DNA of 48,466 nucleotides from sequence record NC_054895.1. One strand, written 5' to 3'. This document shows positions 1-8,264 of the stretch, in pieces. The stretch comes from Escherichia phage vB_Eco_SLUR29. The first letter of the stretch is position 1. Each line of letters begins with the position of its first letter. A program made the translations under genes and the position numbers. The notes beneath the pieces are model-generated. The model searched no databases. It saw only the letters and a list, made by a program, of their open reading frames with translations, and was not told the DNA's origin.

Positions 1-1569
1 CTATTTATTGCGTAGACCAGCCAGCTTTTTCATCCTTGCTACCGGATCATCTGCCAAGTTCATTTCGACGTTAACAGCATCAACTATATTATCGACAATA
101 TCATCATGGGGATGAGAATCGTCAAAAGTGAACGCTGCAACCTCTGCCAGTATCTCAGGCAGCATGGGATGATTTTCTGGCAGTGCCACACGTCCGGCCC
201 TCATTACTGGCGCGGCGTCCATTGCTCGCGTTACCTTGTCATTGCTTCGCTGAACGGGATTTATATCAATCGGGATCTTCTTTTTGGCCCCCTGAATCAA
301 ACCCGTGCCGCTGGCCTTATCCTCAATGTGAATACGTCGCAAGCTGCCACAATCCTTATTGCGCTTCCAGCACTGATTAACGAAGGCAATAAAATTTAAT
401 TCAAGATCTGGCGCTTCCCACTTGCCGCGAATGCCATCAATGAAGTAAACGCGATTTTTATACATCCCCCAATAACAAAAAACTGAATAGTCGTTAAGCT
501 CTCCGGCCTTCTGTGCTGTATCTCCAGTAATAAATGTGTATTCAAAGCGATCCGGTTTAGGAAGTGCGCATTTTTCGCCTCTGCCGTAATACTGGAACCA
601 CTCTGTTTTAAACACGTTGCCGCCAAGCGCGATTGGTTGTTGTTGGTATTGGCTGGCGAACGTGTAAGGATCTGCATTCCGCAATGCAAGCAATTCCTCC
701 GCGCTTTCCTTTGCAGGCCAAAATGAATAATGAGCAACGCCATCTATCATCACTGGCTTACTTGACAGAACATCACGATCAAATTCAGGCTTCAACCAAT
801 CAGGAAGCGTTTCGCGGTATTCTTTCGTAACCAGCGCCGGAATACTCACAACTTTAAACTCAATACCACCCATCCCGCCATTAAGCATAAACCAGGTGGA
901 ATCATTAACGTGTAGTCGCTGTTGCACCATAACAATCGGCGTAGTGTCTTTCATTCGACGCGATCGCACTGTGTTTTTTAACCGCATGTGGATCGCCTCA
1001 CGCTTGACCTTAGAAAGCATATCATCCGGCTTGTCTGGATCGTCAAGAACCAGCATACCAGTAAAACCATCGTCCATATAGCCGCCACGCAAACCCGTTA
1101 CCTGTCCGCCAATAGATCGTGAGTTAACTTGCAATTTAACCTTGCCGCCATCCGTAACTATGAGATCTTTTGCACTCGCCTTTGCCAGTTTTCCTGGCCA
1201 TAGCTCTTGCCACTCAGGAGAACCGATAATCTCCTTTATCCTGTTGCTGTTTTGCTGGACAAGTCCATCACTAAACGAAAGGTTAAGGTTTCTCACCTTC
1301 CGGCTTTTCAATGACGCGTAGGGTGACATGTGGATCGAGAAAATCTCAGTCTTGCCGCTACCTGGCGTAATATTGAAAATCACATTCTGCGACTCTCCAT
1401 TGATGATCTTCTCTACCTCACTGCACAATAAGCTAAAATGCCAGTTGCTCTGGAATTTTTGCCCCTGCAATAACTGGAACCAGATTCTGATCATCTTTTC
1501 GAATGAATGCTCACTGATTTCTTTAATGGCTCGCTTTTGCGCTGCCGTCAAATCTTCCCATATGATCAT
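1..1569 (-). CDS. terminase large subunit
   Basis: 522-aa ORF; P-loop-like ITPGSGKTE near N-terminus; directly downstream of small-terminase-like ORF with ATG/TAA overlap; portal follows across the window junction. Confidence 0.85.
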   Translation of the reverse strand: MIIWEDLTAAQKRAIKEISEHSFEKMIRIWFQLLQGQKFQSNWHFSLLCSEVEKIINGESQNVIFNITPGSGKTEIFSIHMSPYASLKSRKVRNLNLSFSDGLVQQNSNRIKEIIGSPEWQELWPGKLAKASAKDLIVTDGGKVKLQVNSRSIGGQVTGLRGGYMDDGFTGMLVLDDPDKPDDMLSKVKREAIHMRLKNTVRSRRMKDTTPIVMVQQRLHVNDSTWFMLNGGMGGIEFKVVSIPALVTKEYRETLPDWLKPEFDRDVLSSKPVMIDGVAHYSFWPAKESAEELLALRNADPYTFASQYQQQPIALGGNVFKTEWFQYYGRGEKCALPKPDRFEYTFITGDTAQKAGELNDYSVFCYWGMYKNRVYFIDGIRGKWEAPDLELNFIAFVNQCWKRNKDCGSLRRIHIEDKASGTGLIQGAKKKIPIDINPVQRSNDKVTRAMDAAPVMRAGRVALPENHPMLPEILAEVAAFTFDDSHPHDDIVDNIVDAVNVEMNLADDPVARMKKLAGLRNK

Positions 1570-2096
1570 TAAAGTTGCTCCAGAATATCAATCACAGCCT
1601 CTTTCACCTCATCGGCAGTTACTGCGTCAATGCTTGCATTAGCTGCCGCGCTCGCTTCAACGCTCACTGTTGCTGGCTTCTCTACTCCGATCTCTTTACC
1701 GATAAATCCAGCGTTAATCATGTTATTTGCCGCAAGCTGGAATTTTTGCTCGTAAATTACTTTATCAACAAACTCCATCACATCGCAGAATCCAGGCTCT
1801 TTACGCCATTTGCTTACGGCAGCCTCAGTCACGCCGAGATACAAGCTGAATCCGTTAACCGTGAAAACGCGAGGCTTGTAAACTCTGCTCTCGTACACGT
1901 CACCCTGAAAGGAAGCAGTTTCAGCCGCCTGAATGTGATTCTCTTCGGCCCAAGTGAAATAGCGGATCGCCATGTCAAAAACCTGTTCCGGCGTGTACTT
2001 GTGGCGGTTGTTTAGCGTGACAATATCGCCATAAGTTTTATTGTATAACTCTTTGAAATTTAATGCCTTTACAGCAGGCTCAACGTTTTTAGCCAT
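1569..2096 (-). CDS. terminase small subunit (start at internal ATG, MAKNVEPAV...)
   Basis: ORF upstream of TerL with 1-nt overlap; AGGAGG SD 6 nt before ATG at 2096; HTH-like segment GFSLYLGVTEAAVSKW. Confidence 0.6.
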   Translation of the reverse strand: MAKNVEPAVKALNFKELYNKTYGDIVTLNNRHKYTPEQVFDMAIRYFTWAEENHIQAAETASFQGDVYESRVYKPRVFTVNGFSLYLGVTEAAVSKWRKEPGFCDVMEFVDKVIYEQKFQLAANNMINAGFIGKEIGVEKPATVSVEASAAANASIDAVTADEVKEAVIDILEQL

Positions 2097-2143
2097 TGTT
2101 AATCCTCCTTTGGTTAGATGCCTGATTATACCAGACAACGGGC

Positions 2144-2176
2144 AATAAAAAACCCGCCGTGCGGCGGGTAATTTTT
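2144..2176 (-). terminator. intrinsic terminator upstream of TerS, followed by extended -10 promoter-like TGGTATAAT
   Basis: minus-strand ACCCGCCGCACGGCGGGT followed by TTTTTT; TGGTATAAT about 20 nt further downstream. Confidence 0.55.
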
Positions 2177-2399
2177 AAGCTGTATATTTTACTTTTCCAT
2201 CTTTGGCTCGAATGGAATTTAGGATCTTGCTGCCGATCATCAGGTATTGACCACGCACAAGCCATTTCTTTTGTTTTTCGCTCCAGATTGCAGAAGCGTA
2301 CCAGCCTTTATTAATAACGAACTTATAAGCAAAGCGCATGACAACGGAAAAGATAATGATAGCCATGATAAAACCAATGCAGAAAGATAATGCGATCAT
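2175..2399 (-). CDS. small membrane protein, unknown function
   Basis: 74-aa ORF, hydrophobic N-terminal segment, GAGGG SD. Confidence 0.45.
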   Translation of the reverse strand: MIALSFCIGFIMAIIIFSVVMRFAYKFVINKGWYASAIWSEKQKKWLVRGQYLMIGSKILNSIRAKDGKVKYTA

Positions 2400-2563
2400 T
2401 GTAAAGCCCTCACAAGGTTAATTGAAAATTGATGTGTTTCAGGATTAGCGCCCGATTGCTCTTTTGCTTTTGCTACCGCTTCCAGTTCATCAAGAGCATC
2501 AACTACGCATTCATATTCCTGTTTGCATGATTGGCAATTACGCCCCATTCGCCGGATCGTCAT
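2396..2563 (-). CDS. hypothetical protein (about 55 aa, MTIRRMG...)
   Basis: ORF overlapping the 3' end of 2538..2771 in another frame; start choice uncertain. Confidence 0.3.
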   Translation of the reverse strand: MTIRRMGRNCQSCKQEYECVVDALDELEAVAKAKEQSGANPETHQFSINLVRALQ

Positions 2564-2771
2564 CTTTACTTTGTAATTCATCAGCGACAACCTCACGCTT
2601 AATGCTGGTAATGTTGTGAATCGGATAAGCAACATTGCCGATAGAAATGCAAGTTTCGTCACCGTCTAGCTGATCCTCTGTAGCTTCCACCGTAAAGCAT
2701 TTAACAAAGCTCTTGAGAAAAGGATGGATAACGGTATCACGGAAAGAAACGGTTAATTTGTATTTAATCAT
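2538..2771 (-). CDS. hypothetical protein (77 aa)
   Basis: ORF with GGAG SD upstream of ATG at 2771. Confidence 0.5.
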   Translation of the reverse strand: MIKYKLTVSFRDTVIHPFLKSFVKCFTVEATEDQLDGDETCISIGNVAYPIHNITSIKREVVADELQSKDDDPANGA

Positions 2772-2933
2772 TTTGGATCTCCATTAAAAAAGGCGATACG
2801 TCTTACGGATTATTTTGCATTGCAAAAACCTCCTGCATATCGCCGTTGTTGTGTGACTATCGCGTCACGCGTTCGGACTAAGCCGCTCTTATGTAAACGA
2901 CGCCATGCTAACCAATCAGGAAAGAGTTGTCAA

Positions 2934-3164
2934 TCATTCCCTGTCGAAAGCGTTCCCCCAGCGTCCGCGCAAGTAACCACATAGCCAAATGAATTGAGTG
3001 ATCGTCAACATTGGCGCGATTGGCTGGTAGTGTTCTGCAATGATGCCCTTCATTACTTCATCAACATACTTCCCGCGCTTTTCCACATCCGCTTTCATCG
3101 CCTCGCCGCACTTTTTAGCCTGGCGTTTAGCTGCGTTGAATTGCGCCTCATTCATGCCGAACAT
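2934..3164 (-). CDS. hypothetical protein (76 aa, MFGMNEAQ...)
   Basis: ORF; ATG overlaps stop of upstream small ORF (ATGA-type coupling). Confidence 0.5.
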   Translation of the reverse strand: MFGMNEAQFNAAKRQAKKCGEAMKADVEKRGKYVDEVMKGIIAEHYQPIAPMLTITQFIWLCGYLRGRWGNAFDRE

Positions 3165-3292
3165 CAGTATCCCCTCCCCTTCCATTCTTCCGCAAGTTTG
3201 AAATAGTTCATAGCTTCTTCTACATCTCCGCGCTCAAGTGCTTCCTCCTGCTTCTCTTTGCACCATTGCGAAGGTTGTTTGTACTCATCCAT
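3164..3292 (-). CDS. small hypothetical protein (42 aa, MDEYKQPSQW...)
   Basis: short ORF below track threshold; AAGGTG SD; translationally coupled to downstream gene. Confidence 0.3.
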   Translation of the reverse strand: MDEYKQPSQWCKEKQEEALERGDVEEAMNYFKLAEEWKGRGY

Positions 3293-3362
3293 TAAATCAC
3301 CTTACCAGAAAAATAGCTCGTTAGAATGCGATTTAGGCGCTATAACTGCTATGCGTTTTTAA

Positions 3363-3677
3363 TTAAAAACCGTCGAGAATCTCTCGGAAGTTGTTTAGCG
3401 TCTTAACTTTGGCCTTATCCCACGTTACAGATCCTGCATCTTCCCACGGGGAACCAGGGCCGTGATTTGTCATATCATCAATCAAGCAAGAGATCTCATC
3501 AATAACAACATCTTTTAAATGCTCGCGGTACTCAATATCTTCTACAGGCTCAAAAGCCTGAATGACACCTCCTAAAACCTGTTGCTGCGCCTTTGCCTTG
3601 TCCAAATCATCATGGATGAAACGATGCTCTTTCTTGTTCTCGTTAGTTCCGATTTGGTAGTAGTGAATGTAAATCAT
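3363..3677 (-). CDS. hypothetical protein (104 aa, MIYIHYYQ...)
   Basis: ORF with GGAGGA SD; start overlaps stop of upstream gene. Confidence 0.5.
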   Translation of the reverse strand: MIYIHYYQIGTNENKKEHRFIHDDLDKAKAQQQVLGGVIQAFEPVEDIEYREHLKDVVIDEISCLIDDMTNHGPGSPWEDAGSVTWDKAKVKTLNNFREILDGF

Positions 3678-3937
3678 AAACCTGATTCCTCCATAGTCTC
3701 GTTTATGCGCTTCCAGTTTTCGACTTGCTGATCTCTGTATCCATTCTCTCCGAACCATGCGGCAGCTTCCGCTTGCTCAGTCCCAGCAGGATCAAATGCG
3801 TGTTCTAGCTGGCTGAAAACTTCACGGGCCACTTGCTCAGGAATTTTAACCGTTGCCTGGATGCCGTCATCATCTCGCCAGCCAAAGGCCGCTAACATAA
3901 TGCGCGCTTGCTGCTCTGACAGGTTAATCGTGATCAT
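3674..3937 (-). CDS. hypothetical protein (87 aa, MITINLSEQ...)
   Basis: ORF, translational coupling with neighbours. Confidence 0.5.
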   Translation of the reverse strand: MITINLSEQQARIMLAAFGWRDDDGIQATVKIPEQVAREVFSQLEHAFDPAGTEQAEAAAWFGENGYRDQQVENWKRINETMEESGL

Positions 3938-4146
3938 TCTTCTACTACCTCGCATTCGTCATGGTTAACACTAATATTGTCGCCAGCCTTGATAAACTCG
4001 CTGTTACGCGGCGCAATAACACAATAAGATCCGTCGCTGAAATGTCCGTCAACTTCCAGCACATCACCAACAACCAGGCCACATTGCTCAAGAGTGATTG
4101 ATCCGTCGCCGTTGATAGTGTCGATTTTGGTGATTTTGATTTTCAT
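3934..4146 (-). CDS. hypothetical protein (70 aa)
   Basis: ORF with AGAGGA SD; first gene after the repeated 19-mer/stem-loop element at 4204. Confidence 0.55.
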   Translation of the reverse strand: MKIKITKIDTINGDGSITLEQCGLVVGDVLEVDGHFSDGSYCVIAPRNSEFIKAGDNISVNHDECEVVEE

Positions 4147-4203
4147 TGCGCTTTCCTCTGTTTCGCTTCAATAAGGGCACTTTACCAAATGCCCTTGCGG
4201 AAG

Positions 4204-4222
4204 TTTTAACAAAAAGTGCTAT
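4204..4222 (-). promoter_or_regulatory. conserved early element, minus-strand copy, with stem-loop AGGGCA/TGCCCT
   Basis: reverse complement exact 19-mer followed by hairpin with TGGTAAAGT in loop; precedes gene 3934..4146. Confidence 0.55.
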
Positions 4223-4512
4223 TAGCTCAGATAGTAAAGCTCATCGCGCGCGAAGTCGTCAAAATCTCGCTGTGTCAGCGGTCGATCCTCTCGCGCCGCT
4301 TCCTCTATCATATTGATCAAAAAATCGTTCATCGCCCCTAGTCCGCCATCCGGCATATAGCAAGCTGCGAAAGCTCGCGCCCATGAACGAGCATTTTTGA
4401 ATCCGGCGCGCTTCATTGTGACTGGCGAGTGTTTAGAGTCGTTCCACTTGTTACACTGAGCGATGTTTTCAAAAGCGTTAACCAGTAGTTTGCGGTAAGT
4501 TTTGTTTGCCAT
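4222..4512 (-). CDS. hypothetical protein (96 aa)
   Basis: ORF with AAGGGG SD. Confidence 0.55.
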   Translation of the reverse strand: MANKTYRKLLVNAFENIAQCNKWNDSKHSPVTMKRAGFKNARSWARAFAACYMPDGGLGAMNDFLINMIEEAAREDRPLTQRDFDDFARDELYYLS

Positions 4513-4523
4513 TTCAGATCCCC

Positions 4524-4706
4524 TTATTTTTGTTTAAGCCCCATCAGCATCTTGCGAACGCCATCCTTTTTCCCGTCAGAGTAGCCAGCAATCGAACCAG
4601 CGGCAAACATCATCAAGTTGCCCCAAAAGGCCATAATGCCCTCATAGTTAATGGTTAAATGACTGCCGAAAAGGATCAGGAAAAGAATAATAATACCAGT
4701 TTTCAT
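4524..4706 (-). CDS. small membrane protein (60 aa, MKTGIIILFLILF...)
   Basis: two hydrophobic segments; GAGG SD. Confidence 0.5.
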   Translation of the reverse strand: MKTGIIILFLILFGSHLTINYEGIMAFWGNLMMFAAGSIAGYSDGKKDGVRKMLMGLKQK

Positions 4707-4713
4707 TTTAACC

Positions 4714-4962
4714 TCAGTAACAATCATTAACGTGAATCAGCACGGAAAAACGACACTTGCGTAAGCGGTGGCGCTTCTTGACGTACATATAAGCATCGCT
4801 GTAATACTTAAATTCAGTGGCAATGATGCCGAAAAAGTCGTCTGTAACATAGTGCCAATTGCCTCCTAAGCTGCGTCGCTGCACATGATAAGTAGAACAG
4901 TCTCGGCAAAATACGATCCGGTATTCCGGCTTAAACAGTCGTTTCAATGCGTTAAAAACCAT
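4714..4962 (-). CDS. hypothetical Cys-containing protein (82 aa)
   Basis: ORF with GAGGG SD; CRDC and additional Cys residues suggest possible metal binding. Confidence 0.5.
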   Translation of the reverse strand: MVFNALKRLFKPEYRIVFCRDCSTYHVQRRSLGGNWHYVTDDFFGIIATEFKYYSDAYMYVKKRHRLRKCRFSVLIHVNDCY

Positions 4963-5061
4963 AGTAGCGCCCTCATGCTATAAAGAAAAAGTAGCATTGA
5001 TAATACCGCAATCATTGCGGAATGAAAATCAAAAGGTGGCTTAGGATTCGTTGCGTTATTG

Positions 5062-5442
5062 TTATTTCCCAGCATTGCGCGCGATCCTCTTGTAACCATA
5101 GTAGAAATCATCGCCTACGCCACGGAATTTTAACGCGTTACGCGCCAGGCGGCGGATTCGACGATTATCCAGTTTGCCGTAATTGGTTGGCGCTTTAATC
5201 GTCTTGATTGGGCAGCCGCGATGGTTAGTGATTTGCTTGAGGGTAGCAACAATACCATCAAGCGAACGGATAGCGAAGCCGCCGAATCCAAGATCTTTAT
5301 TGATTAGATAGCCATTGATGCCAGGGATTCCGAATCTTTTGCTATCAACCTTAACAATCTGGCCCTTCTTCATTCCGCTATCTGGAATTGCGTAAGTAAC
5401 TAAGAATTTAGTGCCGACGCGAATTTTTCTGATGTTAACCAT
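5062..5442 (-). CDS. hypothetical protein (126 aa)
   Basis: ORF with AGAGGA SD. Confidence 0.55.
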   Translation of the reverse strand: MVNIRKIRVGTKFLVTYAIPDSGMKKGQIVKVDSKRFGIPGINGYLINKDLGFGGFAIRSLDGIVATLKQITNHRGCPIKTIKAPTNYGKLDNRRIRRLARNALKFRGVGDDFYYGYKRIARNAGK

Positions 5443-5512
5443 TGTGATTTCCTCTTGATTGTTGATGTGCGCATTATAGCGGGGCCGATAACCCCGCGTT
5501 TAGCAATTCGTG

Positions 5513-6103
5513 CTATTTAATCTGTGTGTGCTTCCATTTGACAGTATTGACGATCTCGTTTACAGCCAGTTCCGGCTTGCCGTCCTGCAAGTGGAAGTCA
5601 TAGTGATGGATTCGATAGTGATAACCGCTCAGGTCAATGTAGTCTCTCGAATCGCCAGCAAACGTGAAGCCGTCGCGATGCAATCGGCAAATATGCACTT
5701 CATGCCCTGCCTTAACAAGCGGCTTGATTTCTTCGGGGAATCCGCCATCACTGATTACAACCGCCAAATCTCGGTACATCTCGTGAATCTCTTCAACCAT
5801 TCGACGCCCGAAATACTGCTCCCCAAAAACTGGCTTCATTACATCCTCACTAATCCAGATCATGAATTGTCGAGGTGACTTGCCGCCTAAGATAACTTGA
5901 GGCTTTTCTTTTTGCTCTCGGTCGTTGTACAGGTCCATAAATTCATCGTATCGGTACACGCCCAGCATAGAAAAAGCAATATCGAACATCGACTGTTTGA
6001 ATGACGCCTTGACCGCTGGGTAACGATGGCCCGTTAGGTAAGCTGCAATAGTGTCCTTCCCGCAACCTGGCGGCCCATTAAGGATGATAATGTCTCGTTT
6101 CAT
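5513..6103 (-). CDS. P-loop kinase, possibly deoxynucleoside monophosphate kinase-like
   Basis: Walker A LNGPPGCGKDT at N-terminus; size and GKDT motif resemble phage dNMP kinases; GGAG SD. Confidence 0.55.
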   Translation of the reverse strand: MKRDIIILNGPPGCGKDTIAAYLTGHRYPAVKASFKQSMFDIAFSMLGVYRYDEFMDLYNDREQKEKPQVILGGKSPRQFMIWISEDVMKPVFGEQYFGRRMVEEIHEMYRDLAVVISDGGFPEEIKPLVKAGHEVHICRLHRDGFTFAGDSRDYIDLSGYHYRIHHYDFHLQDGKPELAVNEIVNTVKWKHTQIK

Positions 6104-6105
6104 GA

Positions 6106-6255
6106 TTAATGATCTCCATAGCGAAAAATCGCATTAAATTTTTTCCCGCGCTTCTTGTCTTCGTTGCGCTTCTTGCGTTGCTTTTTCACAAGCTCCACAT
6201 GCTCATCGTACCCGCGACGCTTCTTTTTGGTAATGATTTTTTCAAAGTTACGCAT
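6106..6255 (-). CDS. small highly basic protein (49 aa, K/R-rich)
   Basis: short ORF below track threshold, G-rich SD, stop 2 nt from kinase ATG. Confidence 0.35.
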   Translation of the reverse strand: MRNFEKIITKKKRRGYDEHVELVKKQRKKRNEDKKRGKKFNAIFRYGDH

Positions 6256-6315
6256 CATTCCCCCCCTTTAGGTTTTCTCAACATGGCGCACTGCATGAAT
6301 GCGCCATAGCAAGAA

Positions 6316-6501
6316 TCACCACTCAAATTTCTGTTTGTCTCTGATGATCTCGTAAATTGCTAACCATACCCAAACAAACCAGAAAGCTAGAACGATTTTA
6401 TCGTCCTTGTCTGTCGCGTCAGAATATTTCACCAACGCACGGAACGTAAACAAGCCTGAAATGTAAAGAAAAACAACCAAAAAAGCAAGTAACCAAATCA
6501 T
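6316..6501 (-). CDS. small membrane protein (61 aa)
   Basis: two hydrophobic helices; GAGGGA SD. Confidence 0.45.
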   Translation of the reverse strand: MIWLLAFLVVFLYISGLFTFRALVKYSDATDKDDKIVLAFWFVWVWLAIYEIIRDKQKFEW

Positions 6502-6761
6502 TTATTTTCTCCCTCTACTACCAGCGTGTAAAGCAATTCAGGATCAATCATGTTGCGGCGGCGTGGCTCTCGTGGCGAATCGGGCCATGCGCATTTTCCG
6601 TTTGACACAATATAGCCTACCAGGTCACTAAGTTTTGAGATTCCATCTCGACGGATAACGTCGTACCCAATATCCTTGCCGTCAATAGAATGGATAGCAA
6701 AGAAGCTAGGCTCGCCGTCGATAACGTCCACCGCTTTAAAAAACTCAATCTTGTTAGCCAT
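6498..6761 (-). CDS. hypothetical protein (87 aa)
   Basis: ORF with GAGGA SD; first gene after repeated element at 6818. Confidence 0.55.
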   Translation of the reverse strand: MANKIEFFKAVDVIDGEPSFFAIHSIDGKDIGYDVIRRDGISKLSDLVGYIVSNGKCAWPDSPREPRRRNMIDPELLYTLVVEGENK

Positions 6762-6817
6762 GATTTAATCCTCGTTTGTTGTTTATGGGCTTACTATACC
6801 GCAAGCCCGATAATCTG

Positions 6818-6836
6818 TTTTTGCAAAAAGTGCTAT
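6818..6836 (-). promoter_or_regulatory. degenerate minus-strand copy of 19-mer element with stem-loop GGGCTT/AAGCCC
   Basis: reverse complement ATAGCACTTTTTGCAAAAA; TATAGT in loop; ACAACAAACGAGGA leader; contains TAG stop of lipoprotein gene. Confidence 0.5.
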
Positions 6837-7105
6837 TTTGTCTCGACGGTCATATGTTCTGTCTTCGTGCCTTTGCCATTGCTTTTCGACACTTCCCAGC
6901 TAGTAGCGCCCTTGCAGTTGGTGAAGTAAACAGTGCGATCGTCATAGAATCGGTAAACGGTGCAACCGTCAGCGGTGAATAGCTCCCTTACGCTGTAGTC
7001 ATCGCCAGGGTTAGCCATCTGCACATTGCCAACATGCGCGCCATCTTCTTTGCATCCGGTCAGGAATGCCATTGCCGCCAAAACGCTGATTAATGCCTTT
7101 TTCAT
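6833..7105 (-). CDS. lipoprotein (lipobox LTGC)
   Basis: signal peptide plus LTGC lipobox; 90 aa; AGAGGA SD. Confidence 0.55.
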   Translation of the reverse strand: MKKALISVLAAMAFLTGCKEDGAHVGNVQMANPGDDYSVRELFTADGCTVYRFYDDRTVYFTNCKGATSWEVSKSNGKGTKTEHMTVETK

Positions 7106-7569
7106 TGCTCTTCCTCTTTGATGATTTCGCGGATCATATCCTGGTAGCGGCTTACGCCCTCACAAGCTCCAGCCAGTTTATCCCCTTCCAGGTCAACGAT
7201 ATTCGGGATTGCTGCCAGTATGCGATCGGCAAACTTTTTGATCGCCCTTGCCTTGATGGCTGGCAATTCTTCGGGTGTGATGATTTTCCTTTTCGATTCG
7301 CGGACCATGCGGAAAACGTAAAATTTATCATCTTCCGTTTCCTCTACCTTGATGCTTACCCGACCTGCGGCCATTACTTCTGGAACGCGGTTGATAATGG
7401 TCCGGCTGTAGGATGAACTGCGCGTGATCTTGTAGCAGTCGTCACCGCTTAACATTCCGGCCAGGTCAATTAGTGACATTTTATACTCTTCAATATCGCC
7501 ACTAGCCAGGCGGCGACCAAGCTCGCGAAGCCAATCGCAATAGTCCTTAGTGGTCTTCTGTTCCATTTC
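7102..7569 (-). CDS. hypothetical protein (155 aa, MEQKTTKDY...)
   Basis: first gene of leftward early operon; GGAGGAAAGG SD; consensus sigma70 promoter immediately upstream. Confidence 0.55.
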   Translation of the reverse strand, partial: EMEQKTTKDYCDWLRELGRRLASGDIEEYKMSLIDLAGMLSGDDCYKITRSSSYSRTIINRVPEVMAAGRVSIKVEETEDDKFYVFRMVRESKRKIITPEELPAIKARAIKKFADRILAAIPNIVDLEGDKLAGACEGVSRYQDMIREIIKEEEQ

Positions 7570-7597
7570 CTTTCCTCCAGTTGTTGACTGTTGGCGC

Positions 7598-7625
7598 ATT
7601 ATAAAAGCTATTTGGTGCGTGTCAA
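7598..7625 (-). promoter_or_regulatory. sigma70-type promoter (TTGACA-16-TATAAT) for leftward early operon
   Basis: minus-strand TTGACA at 7625..7620 and TATAAT at 7603..7598 with 16-nt spacer, about 30 nt upstream of ATG 7569. Confidence 0.6.
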
Positions 7626-7708
7626 TGTTTTTGTTGTATTCAAAACGTTACCAATATCGAAAAACTACAAAATCATGCGCAAGTTATTGATTTCGCGGCT
7701 GTTATTTT

Positions 7709-7910
7709 TCTGTTCACTCTGTTAACGCAATCCGCCGGAAAAAGTATATATACATATGCAATCCGCCGCGCGCGCAACTATCCATATATACCCACACACA
7801 ACCACACCATAACCAACAAAAAGCACTGTAACAGTGAGAACAAAAAGAAAACATTATAGATATATATAAATAAATAATCTTTATTTTCAATGTATTATAG
7901 AGGATTTTCT
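7709..7910. repeat. non-coding module R1 (paralogous to 28996..29200)
   Basis: shared ordered blocks GTTATTTTTCT, CGCCGG, TATATACATA, ACAACCACA, AAATAAATAA with the second divergent control region. Confidence 0.5.
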
Positions 7911-8059
7911 TTGTTTTTTCCGTTTTCGCTACACCGGAAAACCGCGCGGAAACACGCCGCCTGAAATCGGTAACAGGGGTGAACAAAAGACAACAACCAC
8001 TGACAGCCAGGCGGAAAAGTGAGGCAAGAGGGGAAGGTTTCACTATCTCCCCTGCAACC

Positions 8060-8157
8060 AATGATTAAACGTGATTACTTTTCTCATCAAATTTGCAAAG
8101 GCAATCATCATTTTGACGTGATTTGATTACGAATGATTACTTTTGATTATTTCGATC
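8060..8157. repeat. helically phased GATTA(C) direct repeats (iteron-like)
   Basis: five or more GATTA(A/C/T) copies at about 10-bp phasing (near 8063, 8073, 8128, 8138, 8147). Confidence 0.4.
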
Positions 8158-8180
8158 GCAATCCTGGCGATAACCGTCAA

Positions 8181-8199
8181 ATAGCACTTTTTGTTAAAA
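8181..8199 (+). promoter_or_regulatory. conserved 19-bp early element ATAGCACTTTTTGTTAAAA, copy 1 (PeSL-like)
   Basis: exact 19-mer; -10-like TACATT 22 nt after TTGTTA; CATCGAAACGAAC leader; precedes gene 8265. Confidence 0.6.
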
Positions 8200-8264
8200 C
8201 TCAGGCCACCTGATCGGGTACATTACACACATCGAAACGAACCGCACTTACTGAGGACCAAACA

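Noticed and set aside
106-399. Plus-strand ORFs (106..399, 183..380, 633..830, 896..1081, 1328..1642) inside the terminase gene
   Set aside because: Antisense shadow ORFs within a long, well-supported minus-strand gene; no SD; odd composition.
7714-8061. 115-aa minus-strand ORF in the divergent control region
   Set aside because: Low-complexity translation of AT/CA-rich non-coding DNA, no SD, overlaps the paralogous non-coding module; likely spurious.
8191-8196. TTGTTA within the 19-mer as a canonical sigma70 -35 hexamer
   Set aside because: Spacing to the -10-like hexamer is a constant 21-22 nt, outside the 16-19 nt window; the 19-mer is more likely an upstream or activator-type element, or the promoter is unconventional.
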